Virus record (IMG/VR): IMGVR_UViG_3300031715_000001
Span: 42,689-106,688 of that record
Direction: 5' to 3' (one strand)
Source of the DNA: a virus
DNA length: 64,000 nucleotides
Below are positions 62,786-64,000 of the stretch, piece after piece. The number at the start of each line of letters is the position of its first letter. Within the stretch, counting starts at the first letter, position 1. The notes beneath the pieces are model-generated. The model was given only the letters and a program-made list of their open reading frames with translations, made no database searches and was not told the origin of the DNA. The position numbers and the translations under genes are program-made.

Positions 62786-63816
62786 CTAACCAAAACCCGC
62801 TAACTCTCCCAGGGCAGCCGAGTGAACCCGCTAAGATAAACCCGGCTGCCGGATCACCCGTTCAGGTGAACGTCCATTCGAATGGTACTACGGCGATTCG
62901 TAAACCCGCCACCACGGCCTTTCAATTCCATAAGGCCGTCAAACAGAATGCCAAATGCCGTCTAGCAATCTCAGGACCCTCGGGCGCCGGCAAGACTTAT
63001 ACGCTGCTGAAAATAGCCACCGAGCTGGGCGGCCGTATTGCGGTGGTCGACACCGAACACGGCAGCGCATCCAAATACGCCGATACTTTCCAGTTCGACG
63101 TATTAGAGCTCGATAGCTTCGACCCGGACTCTATCCCGGAACTGATCAAGAGCGCGGCCGAGGCTGGTTACGCGGTGCTAATCTTCGATTCGCTTTCCCA
63201 TTTCTGGACCGGCAAGGGCGGCGAACTCGATCAGGTCGACAATATCACCGCACGATCGAGGAGCGGCAATAGCTTTGCCGCCTGGCGCGAAGTATCACCC
63301 AAGCACAATCGCATGGTGGACGCCATGATCTCAGCTCCCATTCACATTCTGGTCAGCCTGCGCGTAAAGACCGAGTGGGTCATGGAGACCAACCGGGACG
63401 GCAAGATGGTTCCGCGCAAGATCGGCTTGCAGCCAGTGATGCGGGACGGCATTGAATATGAATTCGACGTGTGCGGCGACATGGACCAGGAAAACAAACT
63501 GGTCATCAGCAAGAGCCGCTGCCCCACACTCAACGCCCAGGTCTTTTCTAAGCCGGGCGCGGAAGTAGCCAGGATGCTGAAGGACTGGCTAGGCGTTTCT
63601 TCGGCCGAGCCGGCCGTGAATTCGCAGTCCGAAAAGCCCTGGAAAACCGTGCGCGAAATGAAACACGCCTTCGCCCTCGTCCGGGAACAGATCGGCGAGG
63701 TCGTCTTTCTGGGCGAACTCGAAAAGGCCGGCGTAAAGGATTGCGGCCAGTTCCGGACTTCTGATCAAGCGCTGGCTTGCTACGCCTCGCTCATCTCCAA
63801 ACGGGAGGTGGCCTAA
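62782..63816 (+). CDS. sak4: Sak4-like (AAA_24) phage single-strand annealing ATPase
   Basis: GPSGAGKT, VVDTEHGSA, IFDSLSHFW and RDGIEYEFD motifs. Confidence 0.8.
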   Translation: MTNQNPLTLPGQPSEPAKINPAAGSPVQVNVHSNGTTAIRKPATTAFQFHKAVKQNAKCRLAISGPSGAGKTYTLLKIATELGGRIAVVDTEHGSASKYADTFQFDVLELDSFDPDSIPELIKSAAEAGYAVLIFDSLSHFWTGKGGELDQVDNITARSRSGNSFAAWREVSPKHNRMVDAMISAPIHILVSLRVKTEWVMETNRDGKMVPRKIGLQPVMRDGIEYEFDVCGDMDQENKLVISKSRCPTLNAQVFSKPGAEVARMLKDWLGVSSAEPAVNSQSEKPWKTVREMKHAFALVREQIGEVVFLGELEKAGVKDCGQFRTSDQALACYASLISKREVA

Positions 63817-63819
63817 AAT

Positions 63820-64000
63820 ATGTGCGCACTCACCATACTCGCCGCTCCCGTATCTTCCGCCACTCCGCTCTACGCAATCGAAGAGTATCTGGCGGCCATG
63901 GTCGATACCGCCGATCTGGTTTCAGACGAGGAACAAAAGGAGTTCCTCGTTGAATTCCAGCAAGCACTGACAGTGGCGGTCGACAAGCTCGATCGCGTCG
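63820..64000 (+). CDS. Gp157/Gam-like coiled-coil protein (truncated by the window end)
   Basis: GGAGG RBS; PLYAIEEYL...VDKLDRV N-terminus; typical neighbour of sak4. Confidence 0.5.
   Translation, partial: MCALTILAAPVSSATPLYAIEEYLAAMVDTADLVSDEEQKEFLVEFQQALTVAVDKLDRV

Overview
The window is most of a P22-like (podovirus-architecture) phage or prophage genome. A long minus-strand late operon runs from right to left: terminase small subunit, AAA+ ATPase, terminase large subunit, portal, scaffold, major capsid, decoration-like genes, two gp4-like adaptors, gp10-like hub, two GNAT-like genes, three ejection proteins (the last a 3151-aa multidomain protein) and about 20 kb of tail fibre/spike genes. 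A divergent early region (sigma70 promoter, Sak4-like ATPase, Gp157-like gene) begins at the right end, and a few plus-strand secreted-protein genes, including a PEP-CTERM gene, lie at the left end. No integrase, transposase, lysis gene, tRNA or CRISPR array was recognised. Three observations stand out. (1) A family of about 20 dispersed, covarying hairpin elements (CGTYT + 7-bp stem + 10-11-nt CTG-containing loop) occurs mostly as inverted pairs bracketing small unrelated cargo genes inserted in either orientation between core virion genes; one pair is empty. This is a candidate undescribed gene-cassette (moron capture or inversion) system. (2) Eight tail-region proteins in a row carry Sec-type signal peptides, mostly with Gln at +1. 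(3) The giant ejection protein carries FtsK-gamma, 2H (Acb1-like) phosphoesterase and circularly permuted histidine-phosphatase domains. All family assignments come from motif recognition by eye and gene order, not from database searches.
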